From Candidatus Kaiserbacteria bacterium (GTDB lineage: Bacteria > Patescibacteriota > Minisyncoccia > Phycocordibacterales > UBA2100), in contig CP070993.1 of assembly GCA_017134395.1 (NCBI GenBank), positions 526,199-590,198 of the forward strand: a stretch of DNA of 64,000 nucleotides, written 5' to 3'. Shown piece by piece: positions 37,498-47,627 of the stretch. Every line of letters starts with the position of its first letter. Positions within the stretch are counted from its first letter, which is position 1. Below the pieces are notes generated by a model that was given only the letters and a program-made list of their open reading frames with translations, did no database searches and was not told where the DNA came from. A program made the position numbers and the translations under genes.

Positions 37498-38373
37498 ATG
37501 CTGATGCATCAGTACATTCGGGAATATAGGAAAAAAATTACCGTTGCACTTATCGGTGTACTTTTTGTGGGCGTAGTGAGTATTTGGTATCCGATTCTTA
37601 GCACCGAAAGCAAAAGAATTCTGACTGTTTCATTTCTTGATGTGGGGCAGGGTGATGCTATTTTTATTGAAACTCCAAGTGGGCGGCAAATTCTGGTTGA
37701 TGGAGGAAAAGATAATAGAGTATTGCATCAACTCAATGACGCTATGCCATTTTGGGATAGGTCGATTGATGTTGTTGTTGCGACACATCCTGATGCCGAC
37801 CACATAGGCGGACTAATAGAAGTACTTAAACGTTACCGTGTTGATACGTTTGTTCACTCAGGTGTGGCACACGATACAGAAGAGAATACGGCACTGGCAT
37901 CTTTGGTTGCCGAAAAAGATGTCCGCTCTGTTCTTGCAAAGAGAGGTCAAGTTTACGATTTCGGAGACGGAACTACTATTACCATATTGTTTCCTGACAG
38001 ACCGGTAAGTGCTCTTGAATCAAATGCAGCATCTATTATTGCACAGGTCACCTTTGGCAAGCATTCGTTCCTGCTTACGGGGGACTCCCCAAAAATGATA
38101 GAAGAGTACCTACTTTCTTTAGGAGGCGATCAATTGCAGAGTACTGTACTTAAAGTAGGGCACCATGGTTCCAAGACATCAAGTTCTCCTCTGTTTGTTG
38201 GGTTTGTAGCACCAGAGTATGCGGTGCTGTCCCGTGGCTGTGATAATAGGTACGGACATCCGCATGAAGAAGTTATAGCTGTATTGAATAGTTTTGAGAT
38301 TGCCACATTCGATACCTGTGATGATGGACGAGTTACGTTTACCAGTAACGGGCAGATCCTACAGATCAAGTGA
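37498..38373 (+). CDS. ComEC C-terminal metallo-beta-lactamase domain as a separate ORF with one N-terminal TM helix
   Basis: SFLDVGQGDAIFIETP…HPDADHIGG…VGHHGSKTSSS (MBL motifs); the first 21 nt of the ORF are the shared palindrome atgctgatgcatcagtacatt. Confidence 0.8.
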   Translation: MLMHQYIREYRKKITVALIGVLFVGVVSIWYPILSTESKRILTVSFLDVGQGDAIFIETPSGRQILVDGGKDNRVLHQLNDAMPFWDRSIDVVVATHPDADHIGGLIEVLKRYRVDTFVHSGVAHDTEENTALASLVAEKDVRSVLAKRGQVYDFGDGTTITILFPDRPVSALESNAASIIAQVTFGKHSFLLTGDSPKMIEEYLLSLGGDQLQSTVLKVGHHGSKTSSSPLFVGFVAPEYAVLSRGCDNRYGHPHEEVIAVLNSFEIATFDTCDDGRVTFTSNGQILQIK

Positions 38374-38374
38374 T

Positions 38375-38403
38375 TTGACAAATTGTACTTTCGTGCAATA
38401 ATC
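38375..38403 (+). promoter_or_regulatory. near-consensus sigma70 promoter TTGACA-17-ATAATC
   Basis: ttgaca aattgtactttcgtgca ataatc, 26 nt upstream of the SD/ATG of the 38429 gene. Confidence 0.6.
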
Positions 38404-38428
38404 TTTCTGTCTGAACAAGGAGAAGCAG

Positions 38429-38824
38429 ATGAAAGTTCTTTTTTTCGTTATCGGTATGCTTTTGAGCATCTCAACAGTGTTTGCTGAGGAGTTTGGGTGG
38501 GTAGAAACAGCCGATGATTTCTGGGTGAATGAAATCGGGTGCAGCGTTTCGCTCAATCCAATCAGTTATCGCTGGGAATTTGGCTATGAGCAAACCTTGA
38601 TTACCCGAGAAATTAACTCCGGAAGATTCCAGTATGGGGATGAAGAATCTTTTCAAGAGTTTCTTAGCCAATGCGGAACATTTGATGTCCTGCAGCAGCT
38701 CCAGGAGGATTGGAAGAAGGAAAATCAAAAGCCACCTGATTCACCGCACCAACAAAAAAGGCCGGAACGTTACGTTCCGGCCTTCTTCTTTTTCAATTTG
38801 CTTAAATCAATCCAGCGGCTTTGA
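38429..38824 (+). CDS. small secreted hypothetical protein
   Basis: signal peptide MKVLFFVIGMLLSISTVFAEE; SD AAGGAG; the ORF tail reads through the shared terminator. Confidence 0.5.
   Translation: MKVLFFVIGMLLSISTVFAEEFGWVETADDFWVNEIGCSVSLNPISYRWEFGYEQTLITREINSGRFQYGDEESFQEFLSQCGTFDVLQQLQEDWKKENQKPPDSPHQQKRPERYVPAFFFFNLLKSIQRL
38755..38794. terminator. bidirectional intrinsic terminator shared by the convergent rpmB and 38429 genes
   Basis: aaaaaaggccggaacg-ttac-gttccggccttcttcttttt. Confidence 0.75.
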
Positions 38825-39044
38825 GTGTTTTGTACACACCATTTTTGTTGATAGTTTTGATTGCTTTGGTTGAGATAACCGCGGTTACCTTTTTGCCAAG
38901 TTCGGGTACGAAGAAAGTTTTCTTTTGCAGGTTAACAAATCGACGTTTCTTTCCGCCATGGTTAAATTGCGTCGCACGCGTACGGTTACTGTAGCGTCCG
39001 CCTACTTGAGATTTCTTTCCTGTCACCACACATTCCTTTGCCAT
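38802..39044 (-). CDS. rpmB: 50S ribosomal protein L28
   Basis: MAKECVVTGKKSQVGGRYSNRTRATQFNHGGKKRRF…, ~80 aa. Confidence 0.85.
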   Translation of the reverse strand: MAKECVVTGKKSQVGGRYSNRTRATQFNHGGKKRRFVNLQKKTFFVPELGKKVTAVISTKAIKTINKNGVYKTLKAAGLI

Positions 39045-39087
39045 ATTGGTCGCCATGCTACCATAGGGGTACTTAATAGGCAATGAT

Positions 39088-39714
39088 ATGGGAGCAGATA
39101 TACTTTTTCTTATAGCGATTTTAATTGTGTCGGTGGTTATTCATGAGGTGTCTCATGGGTTTGTTGCTAATTGGCTTGGGGATCCAACTGCGCGATTAGA
39201 AGGGCGACTTACGCTTAACCCGGTGAGTCACATCGATCCTATGGGTTCAATAGTCCTTCCCGCGATTCTGGCACTTTCTAGTTCGCCATTTCTTTTTGGA
39301 TGGGCAAAGCCAGTACCGTATAATCCCTACAACTTACAGCGCGGAGGTAGGTGGGCTGAGGCGTTAGTTGCAGGCGCGGGTCCAGCAGCGAACGTACTCA
39401 TTGCATTACTGTTTTCAGTACTCATTAGACTAGACGTATTACCTGCTGCTGCAGCGAGTCTTGCTGTGTCAATAGTGTTTCTCAATATACTTCTTGCACT
39501 ATTTAATTTGCTCCCTATCCCACCACTTGATGGATCTAAGGTGTTTCCTCAGTTATTGCCGCCTAGTCTCGCCTTTCAATACCACCGTCTACGCATGGTT
39601 CTTGAGCAGAACCTCTTTCTTGGGTTTGGTGTGGTGATTGTGTTTATTTTGCTGTTCGGTTCGTGGTTGGCATCGCTAATCACTGTCATTACTCGATTTT
39701 TAATTGGCGCTTAG
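39088..39714 (+). CDS. membrane zinc metalloprotease, site-2-protease/M50-like (COG1994 type)
   Basis: HEVSHG (HExxH) in TM1, NPVSHIDP motif, 5-6 TM helices, 208 aa. Confidence 0.65.
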   Translation: MGADILFLIAILIVSVVIHEVSHGFVANWLGDPTARLEGRLTLNPVSHIDPMGSIVLPAILALSSSPFLFGWAKPVPYNPYNLQRGGRWAEALVAGAGPAANVLIALLFSVLIRLDVLPAAAASLAVSIVFLNILLALFNLLPIPPLDGSKVFPQLLPPSLAFQYHRLRMVLEQNLFLGFGVVIVFILLFGSWLASLITVITRFLIGA

Positions 39715-39715
39715 T

Positions 39716-40969
39716 ATGTTTGAAAAAATAAAAGGGATGTTCAATGAACCTTCGGTGCAAGAAGAAGAGCCCCTTATTGTTGTTGACGAAAATACTGGAG
39801 AAATTCCTGTGGCGAGCTCACCGACGGGGGATAGTTTGAATGCTGTGCGAGAACGTATTGCAGCGTCACAAACTGCAGAGCTGCCCCAAACAATGAATCG
39901 AACAACACCAGAAGATGACCCAGTTGCTGCAGCTATGGCGAGTATTACAAATGACAATAGAGAGGCTGAGGTAAGCGGACCGATTGTTCCAGAAATTCCA
40001 CCAAGTGAAACAACATTACCGAAGAATTTTGAGATGCATACTCCACCAGCTTCACCTCGACAACCAATACGCGTCCAGTCAGTTGAAGCAGAGCCTTTGG
40101 CAAGTGACAAGCCAAAAGAAGCTGGAGACCATGAGCACCTTGCAGCAATGGCTGGTATGCGTGAGGGGGCTGCACAAAATGTAGGTGTAGGAGCATCTCG
40201 GCTCAGTATTGATTTGGGTTCATTAGACGCACCATTGTCAATACCTACCAAAGAGACGATTGGCGCAAATGGTGCAGAACCAATAAAGGAAGAACTAACC
40301 ATTAAAAAAGCAATAAAAGAAGAGGAATCAGTTAATCAACGAGGCACTTCTGAGATTGAAGCAACATTAGCTGCTATTAGAGGGGGAGGTGTCCATGAAA
40401 AAACTCCTGCGAACGAGAACATTCCTGACCTGCCAGTTGCAGAAGTTTCTACTGAAACGATAGAAACACCAATAGCAAAGAAAAATACACAAGTAACTTC
40501 AATATCTGTGGAAGAAGTTGCCCCTGTTGAGAGTAACGATGCAAAAAAACCAGTAGCAGAGGAAGCTGAAGAAGAGGTTGTGCTGAACCATCTTGAAACA
40601 AAACAAGAAGAAACTGCAAAGGCAGAGAGTTCACCAGCTGGCGGAGAAGAAGATAACCTCACTGTAATTGAAATACCAACAGCTGAGGAGACAACAACGA
40701 TAGAATCGGGATTGCTACCACCTACAGAGCAAGAGGTAGATCGCATATTAGGGGAGGCACAAGAGGAAATTGATGATAAAAGAAAAGAGGAAATCAAAGA
40801 AGCGTTAGCACTCTATATAGCAAGCGATATTAAGCTAAGAGAGCTTTTAGATGGCGTGGTAACAGAGGATAAAAGACCATTGATTGAAATAGTAAAAGGA
40901 GCTGGCCATGCATCGGCACAAAAACAAGGACTTGCGAAGGCACTTAATCAAATGCGAAAAGCTGCTTAA
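39716..40969 (+). CDS. hypothetical acidic, low-complexity protein (E/T/P/A-rich) with a conserved-looking C-terminal ~60 aa
   Basis: ORF only; compositionally biased. Confidence 0.4.
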   Translation: MFEKIKGMFNEPSVQEEEPLIVVDENTGEIPVASSPTGDSLNAVRERIAASQTAELPQTMNRTTPEDDPVAAAMASITNDNREAEVSGPIVPEIPPSETTLPKNFEMHTPPASPRQPIRVQSVEAEPLASDKPKEAGDHEHLAAMAGMREGAAQNVGVGASRLSIDLGSLDAPLSIPTKETIGANGAEPIKEELTIKKAIKEEESVNQRGTSEIEATLAAIRGGGVHEKTPANENIPDLPVAEVSTETIETPIAKKNTQVTSISVEEVAPVESNDAKKPVAEEAEEEVVLNHLETKQEETAKAESSPAGGEEDNLTVIEIPTAEETTTIESGLLPPTEQEVDRILGEAQEEIDDKRKEEIKEALALYIASDIKLRELLDGVVTEDKRPLIEIVKGAGHASAQKQGLAKALNQMRKAA

Positions 40970-41045
40970 ACACTAAAGAGCTGTTGCATTTAAGAGGTCA
41001 GCGTAGTATATTTTGCGCACTGCCTATTCGGGCGGCTTTCAATAT

Positions 41046-41462
41046 ATGTCAACAATTAACCAATTGGTTCGAAAGAAACGAAAAAGTGTTGCTCGAAAGA
41101 GCAAGACTGTGGCTCTTCGACGTGGGTTTAACAGTTTGAAAAATAAGCCATCTCGATACGCGTCTCCATTCAAGCGAGGAGTGTGTACTAAGGTAACAAC
41201 AAAAACTCCACGTAAGCCAAACTCAGCTATTCGTAAAATTGCTCGTGTACGTCTTACAAACGGAATGGAAGTTACTGCATACATCCCTGGTGAAGGACAC
41301 AACCTACAAGAACACTCCGTAGTAATGATTCGTGGTGGTCGTGTGAAGGATATTGGTGTACGGTACACCGTTGTTCGTGGGCGACTTGATGCCGAAGGTG
41401 TTGGAAAGCGACGAAGCGGACGATCAAAGTACGGTAATAAGAAACCGAGAGACAACGAATAA
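41046..41462 (+). CDS. rpsL: 30S ribosomal protein S12
   Basis: [13 protein letters not shown]…[16 protein letters not shown]…. Confidence 0.95.
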   Translation: MSTINQLVRKKRKSVARKSKTVALRRGFNSLKNKPSRYASPFKRGVCTKVTTKTPRKPNSAIRKIARVRLTNGMEVTAYIPGEGHNLQEHSVVMIRGGRVKDIGVRYTVVRGRLDAEGVGKRRSGRSKYGNKKPRDNE

Positions 41463-41465
41463 TAT

Positions 41466-41936
41466 ATGCGACGACCACTAAAGAAAAAGCACGTTATTGT
41501 AGAGGACTCTGTATATGGGTCAGTTAAAGTAACCAAGCTCATTAACTACATTATGGAGCGAGGGAAGAAGGATACTGCACGAAAGATTGTGTACTCAGCC
41601 TTTGAAGAACTAAAAGGAAAGGACGGGAAAGAAGATCCGATAGCACTTTTTGAGACTGCTATTAAAAACGTTGCACCACTTATGGAAGTGCGCTCACGCA
41701 GGGTTGGTGGTGCAAACTACCAGGTTCCACGCGAAGTTCGTCCAGAGCGACGTCTTGCACTTGCACTTCGATGGATTGTGGAAGCAGCTCGCGCAGGAAA
41801 AGGAAACGATATGTACCAACGTCTTGCTGATGAAATCCGCAAAGCTGCTACTGAAGAAGGAGAAGCAGTGAAGAAGCGTGAAAACACACACAAGATGGCA
41901 GATGCTAACAAGGCTTTTGCTCACTTTGCTTGGTAG
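41466..41936 (+). CDS. rpsG: 30S ribosomal protein S7
   Basis: MRRPLKKKHVI…RRVGGANYQVPREVRPERR…. Confidence 0.95.
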   Translation: MRRPLKKKHVIVEDSVYGSVKVTKLINYIMERGKKDTARKIVYSAFEELKGKDGKEDPIALFETAIKNVAPLMEVRSRRVGGANYQVPREVRPERRLALALRWIVEAARAGKGNDMYQRLADEIRKAATEEGEAVKKRENTHKMADANKAFAHFAW

Positions 41937-41969
41937 CATCTCTCTATTCTCGGCACATTGCTTTGTCGA

Positions 41970-42028
41970 AAGCCCAAAAGTTTTATTTACCGTATGCTCG
42001 ATACGGCTCACAAAACTTTTGGGCTTTC
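41970..42028. terminator. long hairpin right after rpsG (16-bp outer arms, inner hairpin)
   Basis: aaagcccaaaagtttt…ccgtatgctcgatacgg…aaaacttttgggcttt. Confidence 0.55.
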
Positions 42029-42262
42029 TTCGTGCACTGCACTCAAGAATAGCAAGATGCACTGTATCATTTTATTTTTCACGCGCGCCTTGTATTGCAT
42101 TTCATTTGAGAAACTTTTTACTTACATCTACTAGAGGAGATCAAAATTAGAGTCCACCAAAAACAAAAACATCCAATTAATCGGATGTTTCTAAGGACTT
42201 GTCTATTTTTTTGTGATACATTGTTCGCAGTTGTATAGAATTCCAATGAAAGGAAGGGAAAT

Positions 42263-42625
42263 ATGTTCGGAAGAAAGCAGCAAAAGGTTTCCGAAGTACC
42301 CAATGTTTGGGGAGGGTATATTTCTATGTTTCGTCCTGAAATCATGGAAGTTGCTTCGCAAATGAGCAGAAAGCTTTACCCACGAATCAAACAAGGGTTT
42401 AGTATTCAAACTCGATACATCTCCTGGAATGGCAAAGTGGAGCTTTACATCGGAGATGAAGTACTTGCGCGTGTCGTTGTGGAGGGAGAATGCAGCACTC
42501 CATCTACAATGATCGTAGAGACCAATCTGTCTTCAGAATACGAGGCCTTATTTCGTGAAGCAATGAGATTTCGGGGACCGAAACTTGTATTCTGTCTGAA
42601 GAAAAGATTGGATGAGCTGTCCTGA
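42263..42625 (+). CDS. hypothetical protein (120 aa) inserted between rpsG and fusA
   Basis: SD AGGAAGGG before the ATG; own terminator 42626-42660; no family recognised. Confidence 0.5.
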   Translation: MFGRKQQKVSEVPNVWGGYISMFRPEIMEVASQMSRKLYPRIKQGFSIQTRYISWNGKVELYIGDEVLARVVVEGECSTPSTMIVETNLSSEYEALFREAMRFRGPKLVFCLKKRLDELS

Positions 42626-42660
42626 AAAGAGGCGACACTTCGGTGTCGCCTCTTCACTTT
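42626..42660. terminator. intrinsic terminator
   Basis: aaagaggcgacac-ttcg-gtgtcgcctcttcactttt. Confidence 0.75.
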
Positions 42661-42764
42661 TAGTTCATTTTAAGGTACTCTTGTGCCACGCCGTTTTTGG
42701 GCGTTTTTATTTTATTGTAGATTTCTACAACGTATACAACTATTAATTATTTAACTTATAAAGT

Positions 42765-44906
42765 ATGGCTCGTAAACTTCCACTAGATAAACTCCGAAAC
42801 TTCGGAATCGTTGCTCACGTTGACGCTGGTAAAACAACAACCAGTGAGCGTGTTCTCTTTTACACAGGAATGAGCCACAAGATTGGTGAAGTGCACGATG
42901 GAGAGACGGTCACTGACTGGATGGAGCAAGAACGAGAACGTGGTATCACTATTACTGCAGCCGCTATTTCATGTGACTGGCAGCCTACCTACGACAGAGA
43001 AGACGAAAGCAAGAAGCACGCATTTAACATCATCGACACTCCAGGTCACATCGACTTCACCGCAGAAGTAAAGCGTTCTATGCGCGTGCTCGACGGAGCA
43101 GTTGTTGTGTTCGATGCTGTTGCCGGAGTTGAACCACAGTCAGAAACAAACTGGCGATATGCTGAGGAAGCAAACGTGCCACGTATTTGTTTTATTAACA
43201 AACTAGACCGAACAGGCGCTTCATTCGAACGTTCATACCAGAGTGTTCTCGACAGACTTTCAAATAAGGCAATTCGTGCACAGCTCCCTATTGGAGAAGA
43301 AGAAAACCACGAAGGGGTTGTCGACCTCCTTTCAATGAAATCATTCCGTTTCGAAGGGAACATGGGCATGGACATCATAGAAGGAGACGTGCCAGAAAAT
43401 ATGGTTGCAGATGCTGAAAAGTATCGAGGCGAATTAATCGAAAAAATTGTTGAGCAAGACGAGGAAGCGATGAACGCATACCTTGAAGGTAACGAACCAT
43501 CGTACGAAGAACTGAAAGCATTGCTCCGTAAGGCAGTTATCGCAAACGAAGTATTTCTTGTGTACTGTGGGTCAGCTTTGAAGAATAAAGGAGTACAATT
43601 GGTACTTGATGCCGTTGTCGACTACCTCCCGTCACCACTTGATCTTCCTCCAGTAACTGGAACAGACCCAAAAACAGGAGAAGAGGTAAGCCGAGCACCA
43701 AGTGATGAAGAACCGCTTGCTGCGCTGGCTTTCAAGCTACAAACAGACCCGTTCGTCGGGCAACTTACATTCTTCCGAGTGTATTCAGGAGTATTTAAAT
43801 CTGGTTCATACGTATATAACGCATCAACTGGAAGCAAGGAGCGTGTGGGACGTATTGTGCGTCTTCAGGCTGACAAGCGAGAAGAAGTTGAAGAAGTATA
43901 CACGGGAGAAATTGCAGCCGCTGTTGGTCTAAAGGACACAAAAACAAGCCATACACTCTGTGATGAGGCGAATCCTATTGTTCTTGAAGAAATGACATTC
44001 CCAGAACCTGTGGTTGCCGCAAGAATTGAACCAAAGACGAAACAAGACCAAGAGAAGATGGGTATTGCCCTTAACAAACTCTCAGATGAAGACCCGACTT
44101 TTAAAGTGTCGACTGACACAGAAACAATGGAAACAATTATTGCTGGAATGGGTGAGCTTCACCTAGAAATTCTTGTAGACCGTATGAAGCGAGAATTCAA
44201 CGTTGAAGCAGATCTTGGTAAGCCACAGGTTGCTTACCGAGAAACAATCCAGGGAACAAACGAAGCAGAAGTGAAATACATCAAGCAAACTGGTGGTCGC
44301 GGACAGTACGGACACGTTAAGTTGCGCATCAAGCCACTTGAGGCGGTTGATCCTGAAGCAAAAGTACCTAAGAACATTGACCGAGAAGACCACTTCGAAT
44401 TTGTTAACAACATTAAGGGGGGTGTTATTCCAAGCGAGTACATACCTGCTATTAAGAAGGGTATTAAAGAGGCTATGGAACGAGGAATCGTTGCAGGATA
44501 TGCAATGGTAGATATCTCGATAGATCTATTCGATGGCTCGTTCCATGATGTTGACTCATCAGAAATTGCCTTCAAAATTGCTGCATCACAAGCATTTCAA
44601 GAAGTTGCCAAAGGAGCACAGCCAGTATTGCTCGAACCTATTATGAAGGTCGAAGTCACCACACCAGAGCAGTTTATGGGAGATGTAAACGGAAATCTGA
44701 ACTCTATGCGGGGACAGGTAGAGGGTATGGATGATCGTGGTAATGCAAAAGTTATTACAGCAAAAGTGCCACTTTCTGAGATGTTTGGGTACACAACCAC
44801 ACTGCGGTCTATGACCGAAGGACGAGCGAATGCAACTATGGAGTTCTCACACTACGCTGTGGTTCCACACAACGTAGCAGAAGAAATCAAAACTGCTCGT
44901 TCGTAG
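42765..44906 (+). CDS. fusA: elongation factor G
   Basis: [20 protein letters not shown]…, 713 aa, five-domain EF-G. Confidence 0.96.
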   Translation: MARKLPLDKLRNFGIVAHVDAGKTTTSERVLFYTGMSHKIGEVHDGETVTDWMEQERERGITITAAAISCDWQPTYDREDESKKHAFNIIDTPGHIDFTAEVKRSMRVLDGAVVVFDAVAGVEPQSETNWRYAEEANVPRICFINKLDRTGASFERSYQSVLDRLSNKAIRAQLPIGEEENHEGVVDLLSMKSFRFEGNMGMDIIEGDVPENMVADAEKYRGELIEKIVEQDEEAMNAYLEGNEPSYEELKALLRKAVIANEVFLVYCGSALKNKGVQLVLDAVVDYLPSPLDLPPVTGTDPKTGEEVSRAPSDEEPLAALAFKLQTDPFVGQLTFFRVYSGVFKSGSYVYNASTGSKERVGRIVRLQADKREEVEEVYTGEIAAAVGLKDTKTSHTLCDEANPIVLEEMTFPEPVVAARIEPKTKQDQEKMGIALNKLSDEDPTFKVSTDTETMETIIAGMGELHLEILVDRMKREFNVEADLGKPQVAYRETIQGTNEAEVKYIKQTGGRGQYGHVKLRIKPLEAVDPEAKVPKNIDREDHFEFVNNIKGGVIPSEYIPAIKKGIKEAMERGIVAGYAMVDISIDLFDGSFHDVDSSEIAFKIAASQAFQEVAKGAQPVLLEPIMKVEVTTPEQFMGDVNGNLNSMRGQVEGMDDRGNAKVITAKVPLSEMFGYTTTLRSMTEGRANATMEFSHYAVVPHNVAEEIKTARS

Positions 44907-44928
44907 AACAAATAGTATATAATCAAAT

Positions 44929-44969
44929 TAAAAGGCCCAGAAAGAAAGTTTCTTTCTGGGCCTTTTGCA
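44929..44969. terminator. bidirectional intrinsic terminator between fusA and the convergent lipoprotein gene
   Basis: aaaaggcccagaaagaaa-gttt-ctttctgggcctttt. Confidence 0.8.
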
Positions 44970-44984
44970 ACGTGCTTAGCAGCC

Positions 44985-45518
44985 TTAGAGCGGGCTGCCT
45001 GGCGGTGTTGTTGTGCCACCGCTGACCGTATTGTTGATGGTTGTCGTTGGTCCGGTAACTGTTGGGTTTGCCGTCGCGGCCCCGCCAGCACCACCGGTTG
45101 CAGTGTTTGTGTTGGTGTTTGAGCCGCCAGTGCCAGTCGCCGTAGCGTTACCGCCTTCGGCCGAAGCATTGGAGTTGACGACAGTGTTATCGCTCTGACT
45201 CGATATTGCGTTACCGATGATCTTCGCTGCAACAACTGGCGTTACAATCGTACCGACGCCTTCAATGACCTGACCAACAACAGATTTACCACCGAATGAT
45301 GCCGTATAGACCGGCTTACACGGGCCTGATGTTCTGGTCCTGCAGACCCAGACGGTTGCCGTTGTCACCGTGGGCGATGCACCGCTGCCAGGTGACGTAC
45401 TGTACCTGTCGATTTGTTGCTGCCCATCCGGTGCTGGTGGGTGCCAGACCTCATGGGTGCCTGCAGAACATGCTGCAAGAAATCCCGTAAGAACAGCAAT
45501 CAAAAGAGCATTTCTCAT
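44985..45518 (-). CDS. putative lipoprotein, low-complexity (G/T/N/A-rich) secreted protein
   Basis: lipobox-like LTGFLAACSAG; locally GC-rich relative to flanks; sits antisense between fusA and tuf. Confidence 0.5.
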   Translation of the reverse strand: MRNALLIAVLTGFLAACSAGTHEVWHPPAPDGQQQIDRYSTSPGSGASPTVTTATVWVCRTRTSGPCKPVYTASFGGKSVVGQVIEGVGTIVTPVVAAKIIGNAISSQSDNTVVNSNASAEGGNATATGTGGSNTNTNTATGGAGGAATANPTVTGPTTTINNTVSGGTTTPPGSPL

Positions 45519-45882
45519 ATCTTATCCCTTTTTCTGTACAGATCGGAATTAATCTGTAGAACTCTAATTTTTACGAACTATGACCACAATGCTATATAAG
45601 CGGAGATATGTCAATAATTTGCAATTAAACTGCCCATATCGAATATCGCACATATATGTGATACTTATACGAAGTAGTGTGAGGTGGTGTTTTATAGAGC
45701 GGCTTTTCTGCTTGACTCGACACATGGTTTTGCTACCATGTGCCCACGCGTGTTGCGCGCTTTTTTATATTGCGTGCAGAGTGTGTAATTAATAATGCGA
45801 TTGCACAATGTAGGGAAGCTTCTCGCGCCTCTACATTGGGTAATCGTCGGGATATATTCCCACTAATAATAAACGTAATTTT

Positions 45883-47079
45883 ATGGCAGAAGCATTTGAC
45901 CGTTCAAAGCCTCACCTAAACGTTGGAACAATTGGTCACGTCGACCACGGAAAGACAACGCTTACCGCGGCTATTTTGAACTCACTTCATCTTTCAGGTC
46001 AGACTGTAAAGATGAAGAAAATCGATGAAATCGATAACGCTCCAGAAGAAAAGGAGCGAGGTATTACAATCGCTCTATCTCACAACGAGTACGAGACAGC
46101 AGATCGTCACTATGCGCACATTGACGCGCCTGGTCACGCCGACTACATTAAAAACATGATCACTGGTGCCGCACAGATGGACGGTGCTATTCTTGTGGTA
46201 GCCGCAACTGACGGTTTGATGCCACAGACACGTGAGCACATTCTTCTTGCAAAGCAGGTAGGTGTTCCACGAATCATTGTCTTCTTGAACAAGACAGACA
46301 TGCCTGATGTTGACGAAGAAATGATTGAACTCGTTGAAGAGGAAATCCGCGAAGACCTTACAAAGTACGGTTTTGATGGTGAGAACACACCATTCATCCG
46401 TGGTTCAGCTCTTAAGGGATCTGAAGCGACTGATGTAAACGACGAATGGGTACAAAAGATCCTTGAGCTTACAAAGTCTATGGACGAGTACTTTGAAGTA
46501 CCAAAGCGAGAGACTGACAAGCCATTCCTTATGCCTATTGAGGACGTATTCTCAATCGAAGGACGCGGTACAGTTGTTACCGGTCGTATCGAACAAGGTA
46601 AAGTGAAAATTGGTGAAGAAGTTGAAATCGTTGGTATTAAAGAGACTACAAAGACAACAATCACTGGTATTGAAATGTTTAACAAGCAACTTGAAGAGGG
46701 TCTTGCAGGAGACAACGCAGGAATCCTACTTCGTGGTACAAAGAAAGAAGATGTACACCGAGGGCAAGTTCTTGCAGCAAGCGGTTCGATTACACCCCAC
46801 ACAGAGTTTGAAGCGGAAGTATACGTACTTTCAAAGGAAGAAGGTGGACGTCACACTCCATTCTTCTCAGGGTACAAGCCGCAATTCTACATGCGAACCA
46901 CAGACGTAACTGGAGAGGTAACACTTCCAGACGGAACTGAAATGGTTATGCCAGGAGACACTGCAACCTTTAAAGTGAAGCTTGTAGGACCTATTGCTCT
47001 TGACGAACAAATGAAGTTCACTGTTCGTGAAGGTGGACGTACAGTTGGTGCTGGTGTACTAACAAAGATAGTTGCCTAA
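45883..47079 (+). CDS. tuf: elongation factor Tu
   Basis: [14 protein letters not shown]…, 398 aa. Confidence 0.97.
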   Translation: MAEAFDRSKPHLNVGTIGHVDHGKTTLTAAILNSLHLSGQTVKMKKIDEIDNAPEEKERGITIALSHNEYETADRHYAHIDAPGHADYIKNMITGAAQMDGAILVVAATDGLMPQTREHILLAKQVGVPRIIVFLNKTDMPDVDEEMIELVEEEIREDLTKYGFDGENTPFIRGSALKGSEATDVNDEWVQKILELTKSMDEYFEVPKRETDKPFLMPIEDVFSIEGRGTVVTGRIEQGKVKIGEEVEIVGIKETTKTTITGIEMFNKQLEEGLAGDNAGILLRGTKKEDVHRGQVLAASGSITPHTEFEAEVYVLSKEEGGRHTPFFSGYKPQFYMRTTDVTGEVTLPDGTEMVMPGDTATFKVKLVGPIALDEQMKFTVREGGRTVGAGVLTKIVA

Positions 47080-47141
47080 CAACTAACGTAGCTAAAAACT
47101 TGCAATAAACACAACTACACAGTATTGTGTGCGAACGTTCT

Positions 47142-47495
47142 ATGACAGTAACAGAGAAAAAAACAAAAAAAGCAGCAGCAAAGGGAGGCGCAGAGCGTCT
47201 TCGAATACGGGTTCGTGCATACGAACACAAGCTGCTGGATGTATCAGTGAAACAAATCATCGATACCGCATTTCGTTTTGAGGCTGAAGTTCGAGGTCCT
47301 GTGCCACTTCCTACAGAAATTAAGAAGTACACAGTAAACCGTTCAACTTTTGTCCACAAAGACGCGCGAGAACAATTCGAGATGCGCGTACATAAACGAT
47401 TGATTGAAATCCTACATCCAAATCCTAAAGTTATTGAGGCGCTTACAAACATCAGTTTGCCAGCAGGAGTCTCAATTGACGTTAAGATGGTGTAA
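47142..47495 (+). CDS. rpsJ: 30S ribosomal protein S10
   Basis: RLRIRVRAYEHKLLDVSVKQII…PLPTEIKKYTV. Confidence 0.9.
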   Translation: MTVTEKKTKKAAAKGGAERLRIRVRAYEHKLLDVSVKQIIDTAFRFEAEVRGPVPLPTEIKKYTVNRSTFVHKDAREQFEMRVHKRLIEILHPNPKVIEALTNISLPAGVSIDVKMV

Positions 47496-47520
47496 TAATT
47501 CTCTGCGAAAGCTACTATAC

Positions 47521-47548
47521 AAAAAACCGCCCCCAGGGGCGGTTTTTT
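47521..47548. terminator. intrinsic terminator immediately after rpsJ
   Basis: aaaaaaccgcccc-cagg-ggcggtttttt. Confidence 0.75.
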
Positions 47549-47591
47549 GTATGCAACATATTAATCCCGTAAATTTCTGTAGTTAAAGCGA

Positions 47592-47627
47592 TTAAACCAC
47601 CAAAACGCATGCGTTTTGGTGGTTTAA
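47592..47627. repeat. perfect 36-bp palindrome between rpsJ and rplC
   Basis: ttaaaccaccaaaacgca|tgcgttttggtggtttaa. Confidence 0.7.
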
